From Cladosporium halotolerans (lineage: Eukaryota), in NCBI RefSeq assembly GCF_011745625.1, contig NW_027191469.1:186001-250000 (forward strand): a DNA stretch of 64,000 nt. Reading direction: 5' to 3'. Of this stretch, positions 23,013-34,753 are shown piece by piece (within the stretch, counting starts at the first letter, position 1; every line of letters begins with the position of its first letter). Both the position numbers and the translations under genes were made by a program. The notes under the pieces were generated by a model that saw nothing but the letters and a program-made list of their open reading frames with translations, did no database searches and was not told the origin of the DNA.

Positions 23013-24611
23013 TCGGTTGGGTAGAGGTGGACAAGTGGGTGACGGTTGTTTCGGAGACGAGGATCGGTGAAGGATGGCTTTTTTCTTTTTTGCCGGTTGT
23101 ACTGATTGCCTGCTCACTGATTATGCGAAGTATGTCGATGCTGGCTATATGAACTTGTGGGACCGATCTGTTTGGCCGTGGGAATGAGGCAAACGGGGCA
23201 ACCGGTGGCTCGAAGATGATTGTGGCGGGCTGGGCGTTTGCGTTTCGACGGACACTGCTTGCGCAAAAACTTGACATTCTATTGCTCTGATAGGACGCGA
23301 TGGAGCAAGGCGCGGAAATAATAGTATCAATCTTCTGCATTCAGAGTTACCTTCACAATCAACCCTGCATCTCGTGGAGCACTCGAGCATGATAAATCAG
23401 CCAAAGCTATGGGATCTGTGCAAGTACTGCAGAGCAATGGTATCGCCAGCACTTAGCGATGGAGAGAAGCTGACGAGCAAACACACTGATCCGAAATGCG
23501 CTCATTTGCGTGCTGAGTGCTGAGTCTGCGAGCAAACGACTCACTTAGCGACTTGCCACAATCCACAGAGCAAGACGTCATTCATCAATGATGACCGTAC
23601 TTCTTCGCGGACTGGTTTCGCACCGGATACATCAGAGCATTTGCAAGCCTCAATCCTATACCGTCACCCAAACTTACGCTGAATACAGTGCTGCCAATCC
23701 TTCGCCTACAGCAAACAGCAGCTCAGCAGCCCCCGTCTTCGGCTTTTTGCATGATTATTCACGAGAAAGTCGTCACATAACGGACAACGGATAGCCACAA
23801 TGATCACCGCCGCCATGGCGGGCACCAATTTCGTTTCGACATGTCCACGGTGATTGGCCTTCACACCACCTATCCCGTATCCCAATCATCCGGCGAATCC
23901 TTTGCCGTGGCCACAGTCAAAAGAGCATCCCCCGTCCTCCGGCCCCGGCCTCACTCGCACTACAAATGGCCTCCGAAGGGTCAAACACCATCCGAGTCAT
24001 GCCTCGCCTGTTTGCCGTCAAGAGCTGGATATTTGGCGGACAAGTAGGTTGCTCGCAGGGAAACGGCGCATTTGGCACGCTATCTTGGATATCGATAATT
24101 TCTTGAAGAAACACCGGAGGAAAAAGAGCGAGGGAGATGACTTCGATTTGGCGCGATCTTCTGGTCTGTGAAGATCACTAGCAGAGACAACGACATTTGC
24201 CCGAAGTAACCTTTGGACACGCATTAGAACCGGGCTGGCGGAGACCGTTGTTTGTCCGGACGGGTGGAGTTCAAGAGGAGCTGTGGTTGAGGGCCGACCT
24301 AATGCTCACAGTTGGGAGCGAAGAACAAGCAGAAGCAATGCGGAATAATGTTCGGCAGCTACATAGGTTGGATGCAATCGAAGATGCCTTGGCTTTAGTC
24401 TTGGATTAACACTTGTTGCGTGGTCGTAGGGAGTTCATCGAATCGGCGGCTCCTCTACTCAAGATTTTGCGGCTCGTATTTTCACACCTAGGGAGATAGC
24501 GCGGTGCAAGGACATGGGAGAGCATAAAGCGCGGACCTGTAACGAGCAGCAAATGCTGTGTTCTTTGCTTTTAGGAAATTAGACCCGTCATTCGCAATGT
24601 GATTGAGGTCA

Positions 24612-25898
24612 TCAAGAGGTTTTAGAGTCTTCTCCAGACAAAGGGGCGCCAGCAATGGACTGAAGCTCCACTTTGCCCTCCCCCTCGATATCAGCCTCAA
24701 CCTTGATGCCGACATCATCGTTCTCAATCTTGATGTCCTCCTTCTTGACTTCTCCATTATCAACCTCCACCTCCATCTTCTTGACCTTCTTCTTCACCGG
24801 GCTTGACTTCACCGCACTTGGGCACAAGCCTGTGCCAGACAGGTCACATTCGCCGCACTTCCTGCCAACCGGCAAGCAGATAGTCTGCCCAAACCCAACG
24901 AGCAAGTGGTTGATGTCGTGCCACTTCTCTTTCGGCAGCCAAGACTCCAATTCCATCCTCGTCTGCTCCGGCGTAGAAGTCTTGTGCCAGCCCCAAAGAT
25001 TCGTGATGCGGTGAACGTGTACGTCCACTCCGATGCCTTCATCGCGGCCCCAGCCTGCGGACATGCACAGGTACGCCATCTTCGGCCCCACGCCTGGCAG
25101 TGAAGTCAACCCCTCGATGGTATCCGGGATGTCGCCCCCAAATTTATCCCGCAAGATCGGCGCCACCTGCTTGATGTACTTGGTTTTGTTGTTGTGAAAT
25201 CCCACTTTCCCAATCAGCTCGTTCAGCCGCTCTGGCTCGACGGTCAGCAAGGCCGCCAAGTTGAAGCCGCCGGGCAGGTTGTCCTGCAGGTTCTTCATCG
25301 CGACGGCGGTAACGGTGTCTTTGGTTTGGCTGCTCAGCATGAGCGCAATGAGTGTTTGTAGCCGCCGATCTAGCGGCGATCGCTGTTCTTCCGCCAGCGA
25401 TTCGCAGCCCATCGTGTCCACCGGCGCCAACACGCGCTTCCTCATCTCCGCCGTGATGCTGTACATTTTCTCCCAGTTGGCCGGCGGCTCGCTCTGGAGC
25501 TCGCCGTTGGGACCCTTGATGTGTTTGGCAGGCTGCCTGCGCCCTTTCTTGAACTTCTTCTCGCCTTCATCCTGCTCTTCAAGCTTCGGCGCCTTGCGCG
25601 GAGTTCGTCTTGGTGTTGTAGTCTTGCTCTCTGTGGTGGATGTCGTTGCTGCTGCGCGGCGTTTTCGTTTGCCTAGTGAGGCCCCGGCATCGAAATCGGA
25701 TGCTGTACTGTCGGGGCTTGAAGGGGGTGTAGACAGCTCAGAGCCACTATCTGAAGGTCTTTGAGTACTATTCTCGGCAGAACTGTCTGTATGCCGTAGT
25801 CCTCTGAGTGAGCGGCGTAATGAGCCTCCACCACTTGCTGTAGGCGTCAACGCATCCACCAGGCGCGCCGTTTCGCGCGATACCCTGGAGGTCCTCAT
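24612..25898 (-). CDS. NTH1: Endonuclease III-like DNA N-glycosylase/AP lyase
   Basis: APVDTMGC, LMLSSQTKD, VGFHNNK, HhH motif LPGVGPKMA, IGVDVHVHRI and 4Fe-4S motif GQTICLPVGRKCGECDLSGTGLC. Confidence 0.95.
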   Translation of the reverse strand: MRTSRVSRETARLVDALTPTASGGGSLRRSLRGLRHTDSSAENSTQRPSDSGSELSTPPSSPDSTASDFDAGASLGKRKRRAAATTSTTESKTTTPRRTPRKAPKLEEQDEGEKKFKKGRRQPAKHIKGPNGELQSEPPANWEKMYSITAEMRKRVLAPVDTMGCESLAEEQRSPLDRRLQTLIALMLSSQTKDTVTAVAMKNLQDNLPGGFNLAALLTVEPERLNELIGKVGFHNNKTKYIKQVAPILRDKFGGDIPDTIEGLTSLPGVGPKMAYLCMSAGWGRDEGIGVDVHVHRITNLWGWHKTSTPEQTRMELESWLPKEKWHDINHLLVGFGQTICLPVGRKCGECDLSGTGLCPSAVKSSPVKKKVKKMEVEVDNGEVKKEDIKIENDDVGIKVEADIEGEGKVELQSIAGAPLSGEDSKTS

Positions 25899-26587
25899 CG
25901 ATACTATCTGCTGTACGTAGGATGGTTCAGGTCTCTACAGTGGATCAATGGTAAGCAACCGGCGTAAGCAAGAACTGCACGCTCGGGACCTTGCAGGTTA
26001 TAGTTCGCCGATCTCCAGGGGCATGACGCCACGATGTGGAGCGGTGGCCCTGTACCGACGGTAGTGTAGACCCTAGCGCCATAGACACATGGACCTTCGG
26101 ATCGTTCTTTAATGAAGAGGACACATCGAGAACACTGGAAATGCCGCCATTAATGGGTGGGAGCCTGCGGCGCCTGTTTGGCTGCTGCCTACTGCCGGTC
26201 GCACGCGGGCTGTACACCAACAGTAAAAACACGAATCAACGCGCTAACAACAACGGCAAACGAGCAGAAAGCACGTAGAATAGCTTGAATGAACTACGAT
26301 AGACAACAGACACTGCTACAGAATGCTCTCAAACTCCAGCGCCCGCCTCCCTACGTGACTGTACCACTTGCCCACCATCGCCCGCACCACCCACACCGTA
26401 CGCACAACACCACAACACCACAACAGGCCAAAACGCACACAGCGACAACATGCAGCACAGCACGACAGTGGAAACTCTTCACAGCAGGAGTACAAGATCT
26501 ACCATGAATAATCTCTTCTCCAGCGCCATCGCGACAAGCGCGAGGACGAACTGATGAAAAGAAAAGGATGCTTTGGAAGAAGCAGAA

Positions 26588-26715
26588 GGGGGGTTTCCAA
26601 AAATTCCCACACGATCCGAAGACCATGTGAAGCAGTCAGTTGATAGTTTTCAACTAGCAAAAACGCAATCTCGGACGAATCCTCACTGATATGCGTAATG
26701 CCCTTGCACTCGGAT
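26588..26715 (-). ncRNA. SNR14: U4 spliceosomal snRNA
   Basis: Minus strand reads ATCCGAGTGCAAGGGCATTACGCATATCAGTGAGGATTCGTCCGAGATTGCGTTTTTGCTAGTTGAAAAC...CACATGGTCTTCGGATCGTGTGGGAATTTTTGGAAACCC. This gives the yeast-like K-turn 5' stem-loop, stem I TTTTGCTAG, a 3' hairpin with UUCG loop and the Sm site AATTTTTGG. Confidence 0.95.
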
Positions 26716-26760
26716 GGAGAGAGAAGAAAAAGGGAGGGAAGTTCGCCGCGGGAAAATCGA

Positions 26761-26767
26761 ATTTATA
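26761..26767 (-). promoter_or_regulatory. TATA box upstream of U4 snRNA
   Basis: TATAAAT on the minus strand about 46 nt upstream of the U4 5' end, followed by a pyrimidine tract. Confidence 0.55.
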
Positions 26768-26982
26768 CTCAGCGGAGCCCGTGACGACGGGTGTCCCGCC
26801 GTTCTCACGGCTGCAGACGCCTTAGAATCCAGGCAGCTTCGACCTTGAGGTGCTCACCTTTGTAGTCTGTACGTCATTGGACTGAGGCAGGCAGCATCAC
26901 GTGCGTTTCACTCACCTGGTGCCATTGATCGTTGTGAATCGCTTGGGAAAAGGTGACAATTCACTGAAAGCACACTACAGCC

Positions 26983-27852
26983 ATGCATCAGATCGATTTG
27001 CTAGTCCTGGGGGCCGGGTGGACATCGACGTTCCTGTTGCCATTGCTCGAAGAACGCAACTGGTCCTTCGCCGCAACAACCACAGATGGCCGCAAGGTGG
27101 AAGGGTTCGACACGATCAAATGGCGCTTCGAACCTGACAGCAAGGACGGCAGTCAAATGAGCTCGCTGCCCCTTGCAAAGCATGTGCTCATTACGTTCCC
27201 TCTCACATCCGCCGAGCAGGCCGATTACTTGATCAAGTCATACGAAGACGGCCACGGCAAAGCCCCCCACCCAACTCGCTTCATTCAGCTCGGCAGCACA
27301 GGTATCTGGCAAATCCCCCAGAAGACGATCTGGGTTTCGCGCCGCTCGCCGTACAACACGTCAATGCCGCGCGCCGTCGCCGAAGATGCGGTACTGAAGC
27401 ACGGGGGCTGCGTGCTGAACCTTGCTGGGCTCTGGGGCGGGCAACGCGATCCGAGCACTTGGGTCGATCGGGTTGCGAAGACCAAGGAGGACGTCAAAGG
27501 CAAGAAAAGCTTGCATTTGGTCCACGGCCTAGACGTTTCGCGAGCAATTGTTGCTGTGATAGGGAACTGGGAGGCGGCGAAGGGGCAACGATGGATGCTC
27601 ACTGACGGCTTTGTTTACGATTGGTGGGCGCTGTTTGTTGGCTGGGCTGAGCCAAAGAAGCAAGGTGATGCAGGCGCTGCAGGCGACAAGGTCGACGACA
27701 TGCCTTCTCACCAAGCACGATGGGTGTTTGAGCTCATGGGCGAGGAGAAGATCTGGGCCTTGCCGCGGAGCATGGAGGTGCTTGGACGCTGTTACTTTGG
27801 CAGGGAGTTCTGGGACACTTTCAAGCTTGCGCCGCTGAAGGCGAGGGTTTAG
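26983..27852 (+). CDS. Uncharacterised NAD(P)-binding Rossmann-fold protein (atypical SDR-like)
   Basis: N-terminal DLLVLGAGWTS dinucleotide-binding motif; FIQLGSTGIW, VLNLAGLWGG, LHLVHGLDVSRAI. Confidence 0.8.
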   Translation: MHQIDLLVLGAGWTSTFLLPLLEERNWSFAATTTDGRKVEGFDTIKWRFEPDSKDGSQMSSLPLAKHVLITFPLTSAEQADYLIKSYEDGHGKAPHPTRFIQLGSTGIWQIPQKTIWVSRRSPYNTSMPRAVAEDAVLKHGGCVLNLAGLWGGQRDPSTWVDRVAKTKEDVKGKKSLHLVHGLDVSRAIVAVIGNWEAAKGQRWMLTDGFVYDWWALFVGWAEPKKQGDAGAAGDKVDDMPSHQARWVFELMGEEKIWALPRSMEVLGRCYFGREFWDTFKLAPLKARV

Positions 27853-28657
27853 GCAGACGATGATGTACCTACTTTTAATCTATGATGAACCATGCCTCTT
27901 TGGAAATCGCAGCACCAAGGCATTGCAATGGGGGCAATGGACAGTGAATACTTCCCGATTATTGCGGCGTGAGGTTGACTTTGCCCAGCACAATCTGTTC
28001 ATCTTCAATTTGCACCGAGAAAAGAACCAACAATGATCAATGGCTACTTTGGGTCGCGATTGGCGTGTTGTTGGCGCGCACGCACGATGAATGGGCGAAT
28101 CGCTGTTAAGGTAACGAATTAGGGGATCTGATCATGTCATATTTGTCAGAGCCGTCATTCTACGCAGTAGGAATTGCTATCCCAACAGCTTCTCAAATAC
28201 AACAAAACAATGGTTGGTGCTTTTCGCAATGTTTGCAACTCTCCTTTAGTCCAAAAGCACAAACGGATAAAAAATGTTTGGTGGAACAGACTTTGAGGAC
28301 TAAATGAATTGTATGCCAGTTAATGCTATCGTAGATCTCATCCTAGATTCGTGATTGGGGCGCTGCTTTGGGCTCTTGCGAGGAATATGTACAGTTCGAC
28401 CCCAAGCTACCGCCCCTTGGTTGCCCGACCCCCCAAACCACTGAAAAGCGATGCTCTTCTGCTTGTTCAATAGACGTTTGGCTTATCCCAATGGGGAAGG
28501 CAAAGTTTGATGCCAATTCGCAGCGACTTCAGGAGTTGGCCTCATGGACTCCGGCAAGACCAAGACCGAAACCAAGTGTGGCGGCTGGGGAGGGCAGGTG
28601 ATGGGAGTGACCAGCCTCCGTGAGACATGAGTGTCCTTTTCTCCTCGCTTCGTTCAA

Positions 28658-29881
28658 TCACCCACTGCTGAGCATATGCTTAAACTTCTCAATCTTCGTC
28701 GACAAATACCTCTCCACCTCAGGCCCTTGCACTCCACTCTTCCCGTCCGTCTTCCACGCCAAAGGAATCATCGGCACCCGCTCCACAACCCTAACCTCCC
28801 TCTGCGGCCCCTCAACAGCTCGTACTTTGTCCGGGTTGTTCGTCAAAAGCTTGATACCCCTCTCGCCGTCGAGCCCAAGATCCATAAGCATCGCAGTCGC
28901 GAGGCCGTACGAGCGCGCATCGCCCGGGTGACGGAGGAGGAGGTTCGCTTCCATCGTGTCGTGTCCAAGGTCCTGCAGGTTGTACGCTTTGAGCTTCTCC
29001 GCGAGACCAATGCCGCGGCCTTCCTGGCGGAGGTAAATGATCACACCGCCTGCTGAAGGAAGCTTCATCGCGGCACGATGAGCGTCGTTCTCGCCGATTT
29101 CGCTTCCGGGCGTCGAAGCGGGCGTGGGCATTGGAAGCGACATCAGCCGCGCTGCTTCGTCCAGTTGCTCGCCGCAATCGCACCGCGCTGACCAGACAGT
29201 TTCACCGGTGTAGCACTCAGAATGTATCCTCACCATAGCGGGCCCTAGATCGTCGGGGTATCCGGACGCCACGCTCGACGTATCGCTCTCCGCTTCCTGC
29301 TTTTTGCCAGGAGAGCCATTGAGCGCAGCCAAATACCCCGAACTAGGCCGCGAACTCACACCAGCATCCTTCCTGATCGCTTCTAACCGACTGCTCGTCC
29401 GCCCCGGGTACAGCGTCCCCACATACGCGCCTCTGATCATCCGATCCCTCTCCGTCTCTCCCGGCCGCAAGGCATCCAGACTTCGGCTCCGGATGTGCGG
29501 ACCGAACACAATGGCTAGATGCTCTTTCTCGTCGACGTCATTGTGGTACAAGTGTAACCACATTTCCTGCCCAGTGGTCGTCGGTATCCGGGCTCTCACG
29601 GCACACTCCACGTGGGGCAGCTTTTCCAGCAACGCTCCTTGTTCTTCGGCATTTTCGCTTGAAGGCTCAGGTACTGGCACAGCACGAGGCTGCCGATCGG
29701 GTCTCTGGCCATTGGCGAAAGGAGTAGTCGGTGGTGTCAACGAAGGGCTGACCAGAGGCGGAGCGACGGACGAGGGGTCGGCGGGGTTGGTGTCGAGTTG
29801 AAATTCCGAGACATTGCGCTTTGGTTTGGGCGCCTGCATGGGCGGGAAGCCCGGTGAGGCATGAGCTGGGAAGTCGGGCAT
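28658..29881 (-). CDS. RIB1: GTP cyclohydrolase II (riboflavin biosynthesis)
   Basis: [68 protein letters not shown]. Confidence 0.95.
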   Translation of the reverse strand: MPDFPAHASPGFPPMQAPKPKRNVSEFQLDTNPADPSSVAPPLVSPSLTPPTTPFANGQRPDRQPRAVPVPEPSSENAEEQGALLEKLPHVECAVRARIPTTTGQEMWLHLYHNDVDEKEHLAIVFGPHIRSRSLDALRPGETERDRMIRGAYVGTLYPGRTSSRLEAIRKDAGVSSRPSSGYLAALNGSPGKKQEAESDTSSVASGYPDDLGPAMVRIHSECYTGETVWSARCDCGEQLDEAARLMSLPMPTPASTPGSEIGENDAHRAAMKLPSAGGVIIYLRQEGRGIGLAEKLKAYNLQDLGHDTMEANLLLRHPGDARSYGLATAMLMDLGLDGERGIKLLTNNPDKVRAVEGPQREVRVVERVPMIPLAWKTDGKSGVQGPEVERYLSTKIEKFKHMLSSG

Positions 29882-30433
29882 ATTCGTCTTGACGATTGTA
29901 TATTATGTTCTGGTATGGGAAAACATCAGGGAGGAGTGTGTCGTCAGAAGTGTGAGGGCGGGAATAATTCCAGCACGCTTGATGACTGATGCGCGCATGA
30001 TAAGCGTCAAGCACGCAACGGGTGGACTGCCGACCTCGGCTCCCGGCGGGCGGAAGTGGACGTGCGGCAAAGGGACCAGAAGCGTGAGGAAGCATTGGAA
30101 CTTCAAAGAGCGGCTAGCGGGCTGATGAATCGTTTCGTTAATTAGCTGGCATTTGACAATGCGAAACGAAGGCCATGTTGCACACAAGCAACACTCGCGC
30201 TATGATACCTGGCAATTCTTTTAAATTCTCACGTACTTCCACAGTGACGACCGTCAATTCTGAAGAACACCATTCCATTTCTCCATCACCTTAACTTGAC
30301 GCGTTGCACTACCTTTCGCTTCGATGACCGGCATCAATTCACTGTACCTCAATTGTTTTCTCGGTCGCTTCCAGTTGAAAGCAGCTCACGGCGACCAAAA
30401 ATTGAGGAGAGCAACCAGCGGGCTGATCGCCGC

Positions 30434-31876
30434 TCAAGTGTCTTCCTCGTAATATTCTTCCGGAATCTCACCTTGCCCCTCCAGTAGAAACACCCCCATA
30501 GCCTCGCTGAGACCCATTGCGCCACCAATACCTTGCCAAAAATGGGTGAATGCATGTTTGATAACTTCAGGGTCATCATCGGAATCATGATCGTCATCAA
30601 TCCGGTCAAATGTGGCGGGGGCAAGACGGGCGTAGTCATGCAAGCATTCCAGGTATATCTCATCAAGGTGCAAAGATCTTGAGATTGCCATGAGGACTGC
30701 CTCCCAGTCGTCGCTGACGCAGTCGCGCATATCGAGCCGTCGCAGCGTCTGAGAGTGCAAGGACAAGAATTTCGCGAAAGCATCTCCTGGCACTGCTGCC
30801 GTGATCTTCAGCTCGCGCAAATGTGGGAATGTCGGCTGTTTGTTTGAGAAGAACGGCAGAAGACTGATCCGAGATTGCCCTTCCTGAAAATAATGCTTCC
30901 GGGGGTCGCCGTATTCCAGGTGTAGGACCTCCAATTGTACAGAGGCACGAATCAGCTCCTGCACCTCGGCACCTTGCTGTTCTCCGTCTTCTGCTATGAA
31001 GTCTGGTGCACAGGGGCATGAAATCTCGAGATGTTTCAGTGGCCTGAAAGCCTCCTTCACCAGCTCAAGTCGAGCAGTCCGATCTGCAGTCGGTTCTATA
31101 AGTGTAATCAAGGTGGACAGACTGCATTCCATTGTCAGATCGAGTAACATCTTCTCCACCTTCCTGACCCCGGAAAAGGTATTGCGGTAGCCGATGGCTT
31201 GGAGGAAAGCCAGCGCATACGTGCCGTCTGATGGGTCTCGCCCAGGAGTCGAATGATCGAAAATCCACTGGTCAGGCCCAATGAGAATACTGCGCCTCAA
31301 GTGCTTCCAGAATGGTACCTTGTTAAGAGATCCGTGCATCGGCTTGGCCTTTTGGATAACAGCTTCTTCCAGGTTAGGCAAGCTGGAGAGGCACTCCTTC
31401 AGCAATAGACCATCAGAATCTGCACGCCAAAAGTTTTGCTGATTGGTGACCGCGCGGTAGGCCTGCAGGCCACGCTTCATCTCCTCAAGCGTGAAAGTGT
31501 GCATGGGTAGCTTCTGGTATGAATCCCGAAGTGATTCTGGATCCCTGGGACCTTCGCTATCGATCACACTTTGACGCCACTTCTGGAATGATGGTTTGAA
31601 CGAAACAGACTGACTCCACCGTTCGTAGCTCCAGTCCGGCAGACGATCCGGGATGAAATCTATAGCATTAACATGCTTACATATGGAAGAGCGGGATAGA
31701 GACAGCATTCGATCGATACTGGGAGAAAATGGCGCGAGATAGAGACGTCTGAATATCAGTGGTGTGGAGACTGCGTGAGCACGCTTGTTCACGAGGCGGA
31801 GGTTTCGTAGCGATCCTGGCGAGCATTGTTGACAGATGAGTGTGAACACTTCGGTTGGTGTATCCGTGAGTGCCAT
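30434..31876 (-). CDS. F-box-like / RNI-LRR-like protein
   Basis: N-terminal LTDTPTEVFTLICQQCSPGSLRNLRLVNKR (degenerate F-box) and LRR-like LxxLxL segments (PHLRELKI, TLRRLDMRDC). Confidence 0.65.
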   Translation of the reverse strand: MALTDTPTEVFTLICQQCSPGSLRNLRLVNKRAHAVSTPLIFRRLYLAPFSPSIDRMLSLSRSSICKHVNAIDFIPDRLPDWSYERWSQSVSFKPSFQKWRQSVIDSEGPRDPESLRDSYQKLPMHTFTLEEMKRGLQAYRAVTNQQNFWRADSDGLLLKECLSSLPNLEEAVIQKAKPMHGSLNKVPFWKHLRRSILIGPDQWIFDHSTPGRDPSDGTYALAFLQAIGYRNTFSGVRKVEKMLLDLTMECSLSTLITLIEPTADRTARLELVKEAFRPLKHLEISCPCAPDFIAEDGEQQGAEVQELIRASVQLEVLHLEYGDPRKHYFQEGQSRISLLPFFSNKQPTFPHLRELKITAAVPGDAFAKFLSLHSQTLRRLDMRDCVSDDWEAVLMAISRSLHLDEIYLECLHDYARLAPATFDRIDDDHDSDDDPEVIKHAFTHFWQGIGGAMGLSEAMGVFLLEGQGEIPEEYYEEDT

Positions 31877-32493
31877 GATATCGGCAGTCCTCGCGTCTCA
31901 GTGACCTGATCAGGTTGACAATGTAGACCTGAATCCTTCCGATACTGAGGAGACAGACTTTGTCGACTACACTTGACAACTTCAGTGGGCCCTTAACACT
32001 CCTCCAGTATCTGCCAAAGCGTGTTTCATTAGCCGCCGCTCTACTTGATGAAAGCAGCTACTTGCCTAATTCGAAGATTGAATGATCACGTGATGCTCAA
32101 GGCGGAAGCGCCTTTGCTCTACTCGTCGGAGAAACAAAGGGCACACCACGGAGAGGAGGGCTTCTTCCCATCCGTTCATACGACCTCCAAGATCCGAAAT
32201 ATGAAGGATCATCACCATGTATTGTAGTAACAAAGTAGCAAACATAAACATCGAGATCTCGAAACATGGGCTACGTGAGCTTGACGGATTCACGGATCCA
32301 CGGAGGCTGTACCTGCCGTCGCATCCAGCCTGAATTGGCATAGATCGGCACGCAACAAGGTTCAAGTTGGTTGTACGCGATCCACTTCCAAGGCTCACAG
32401 ACGCCTACGCTCTCGAGCCATTGGTACTTCCAATCGTTCGCCGGACGTGCAGTCTTCTCCAAACATTCTTTCAACCTTTCTCTCGTTACAGTC

Positions 32494-33349
32494 ATGTCTC
32501 ACACACAGCGTTTGGGAGGCCATGGTGAGTTGCGACACAATGCCTGCACATCCCTGCATCCGCGCGCAAACCTAACACTCGATTCCAGCCTTCAATCACG
32601 GCCCTTCCAGCGACGCCGAGCAAGAATACGACCGCCTGCGCGACCTCGCCCGCAAAGAGCAAGGCCAGCACCAGCACTTCGCCGCACGCTCCCAGCAAGC
32701 GTACCAGCGCGGCGACGGCGGCGAGGCGCACGAGCTGTCGCAGCAAGGCAAGCAGCACGCCGCCAAAGCCGACGAGTACAACCGGCAGGCGTCCGAGTTC
32801 ATCTTCCGCGAGAACAACGCCGTGGGCAAGGTGGACAGCGACACGATCGACCTGCACGGGCAGTTCGTGGAGGAGGCCGAGGAGATCCTGGAGCAGCGCA
32901 TCCGCTACGCGCAGCAGAGCGGGCAGTCGCACCTGCACGTCATCGTCGGCAAGGGCAACCACAGCGCCAACCACGTGCAGAAGATCAAGCCGCGCGTGGA
33001 GCAGATCTGCCGCGAGCTGGGGCTGAAGTACAACACGGAGCACAACGAGGGCAGGATCTACGTCGAGCTGAAGCCCGGTGGAGGCCATGGGCCGCCGCAG
33101 ATGCCGGCCTTCGACTACGGCAAGCAGCACCAGCCTCAGCATGCCCAGTACGGCCAGCCGCACCACACTACTGCCTACCCTATGTCTGGAGGATACCCTG
33201 GCCAGCAGCAGCAGATGCAATACGGCGGGTACCCTGGCCAACAGCAACAGCACCACCAGCCCCAGCAACAGATGGGCTACGAAGAGCCGAACCAACAGAG
33301 AGACGATGGCATCAAGTGCTGCGGCATCAAGATCTGTGTGGTCATGTAA
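32494..33349 (+). CDS. DUF1771 + Smr domain protein with C-terminal CaaX box; exons 32494-32524, 32589-33349
   Basis: Intron GTGAGT..CTAAC..CAG; EYDRLRDLAR...AHELSQQGKQH...IFRENN (DUF1771); TIDLHGQFVEEA...LHVIVGKGNHS...NEGRIYV (Smr); ends KCCGIKICVVM. Confidence 0.88.
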
Positions 33350-33542
33350 ATTACCTGGATCTCTGGCGCGATGTATACACACACTACTTTGGAAAGGGTG
33401 GTTGGGAAGATACCCGGATTGATACCCACGAATTGGCTAGACTTTACATTAGGACTCTGAATTAAGACAGAATTGTAGAGCACGAGATCTGGTCGTCAAC
33501 ATTGCTCGCATTCCGCATGCCTAACGCTTGAAAGGGTCAACC

Positions 33543-34753
33543 CTACTCCAAAAACCACTTCGGTACCTCAGGGCCCCAAACCGCGAGACTCTCGTCTCCA
33601 GCCATGCCCCATCCAACAGGCGTGTCCTTGTTCACCAAGTCGCCATCGGCATAGTGCTCGATCATGTTGCCAGTGGTGTCCCACCCTAGGAAGAAATCAT
33701 GTCAGCATGCTGTATCAACCCCTAATCGACGCGGGCAAACTCACAGTAGTCAAACAGCTGCGATCCCAGAATATGCCTCCCAATCCCCCAAACGCTCTTA
33801 TAATTTTTGCCCGCCAACCACTGGTGCCCCAAATGCTGCGTGTCATAATCATGCACCTCGAAACTGCAATGATGCACATGCGCCGTCGGATTGCCGCTCA
33901 TGAAAAACGTATGGTGGTCGACGGGCTCGTCGCCGCGATCGATGTGCGCGAAAACCGCCACGTCCTTCGTCTTCTTGCCCTCCCCGCCGTCCGGCACGTA
34001 GAGGAAATCCGTCGGCGCGAAGTTGAAGTGCCGCGTGTACCACGCCAGCTGCGCGCCGAAGTCCTTCACGCACAGCCCGTAGTGGCCCAGCTTGTGCACG
34101 GCGGCGGGGCCCGGCGTGAAGCGGTTGAACTTGCGCACGCGCGGCTTGTCGGCGCCCTCGTAGTTGTAGATGACTTTCTTGGGGTAGTCGTGCTGCGGCG
34201 CGGGCGCGGCGCCGTGCACGAAGGAGATCGGGAAGCCCTCCGGGTCGTGCAGCGTGACGATGCGGCCGCCACCGGGGGCGTCGGAGAGCTCTTCGACGGG
34301 CCCGGCGCCGGGGATGGCAGCGGCCTTGTCGAGCTCTGCGGCGGACTCGACCTCGAAGGCGCCGCCGAGGAACTTCTTGGGTCCCTTCTGTGCGTAGTAG
34401 ACGTACTGGTCGGGCCCGTAGCCGCGGAACCAGACCTTGGTGTCGGTGCGCTTGACGACGTGCATGCCGAAGTCGAGCAGGAAGGTGGTGATCTCGTCCA
34501 GGTCCGGGTGCTGGTAGCGCATGTGCGAGAGCTTGACCATCTGCACGCGCTGGGAGTTGTCGATGCCCACGCGTTTGTAGTAGTCGGCGAGGGGCTCGGA
34601 CTCCTCGCCTATAGCCTGCTTGTCTGGTACTGAGGCGCCGGCGTTAGGCTTGAGGTCGATTGACTGTGTTGTCCCGTCGGCGGCGGTGATAGTGACGGGC
34701 CTGTTCTGGCCGTGTTGGCTCGCTTGAGCGGTCGGGCTCTGGGTGTCAGCCAT
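33543..34753 (-). CDS. Two-domain VOC/glyoxalase-fold extradiol dioxygenase (trihydroxytoluene oxygenase-like); exons 34753-33745, 33685-33543
   Basis: KLSHMRYQHPDL, HKLGHYGL, VDHHTFF, HVHHCSFEV, WGIGRHILGSQLFDY|WWDTTGNMIEHYADGD (His/His/Glu metal ligands). Intron GTGAGT..GCTGAC..TAG. Confidence 0.85.

Noticed and set aside
28225..28305. Imperfect hairpin TTTAGTCC...GGACTAAA between convergent genes (H/ACA snoRNA idea)
   Set aside because: Single hairpin with no convincing second hairpin, H box or terminal ACA.
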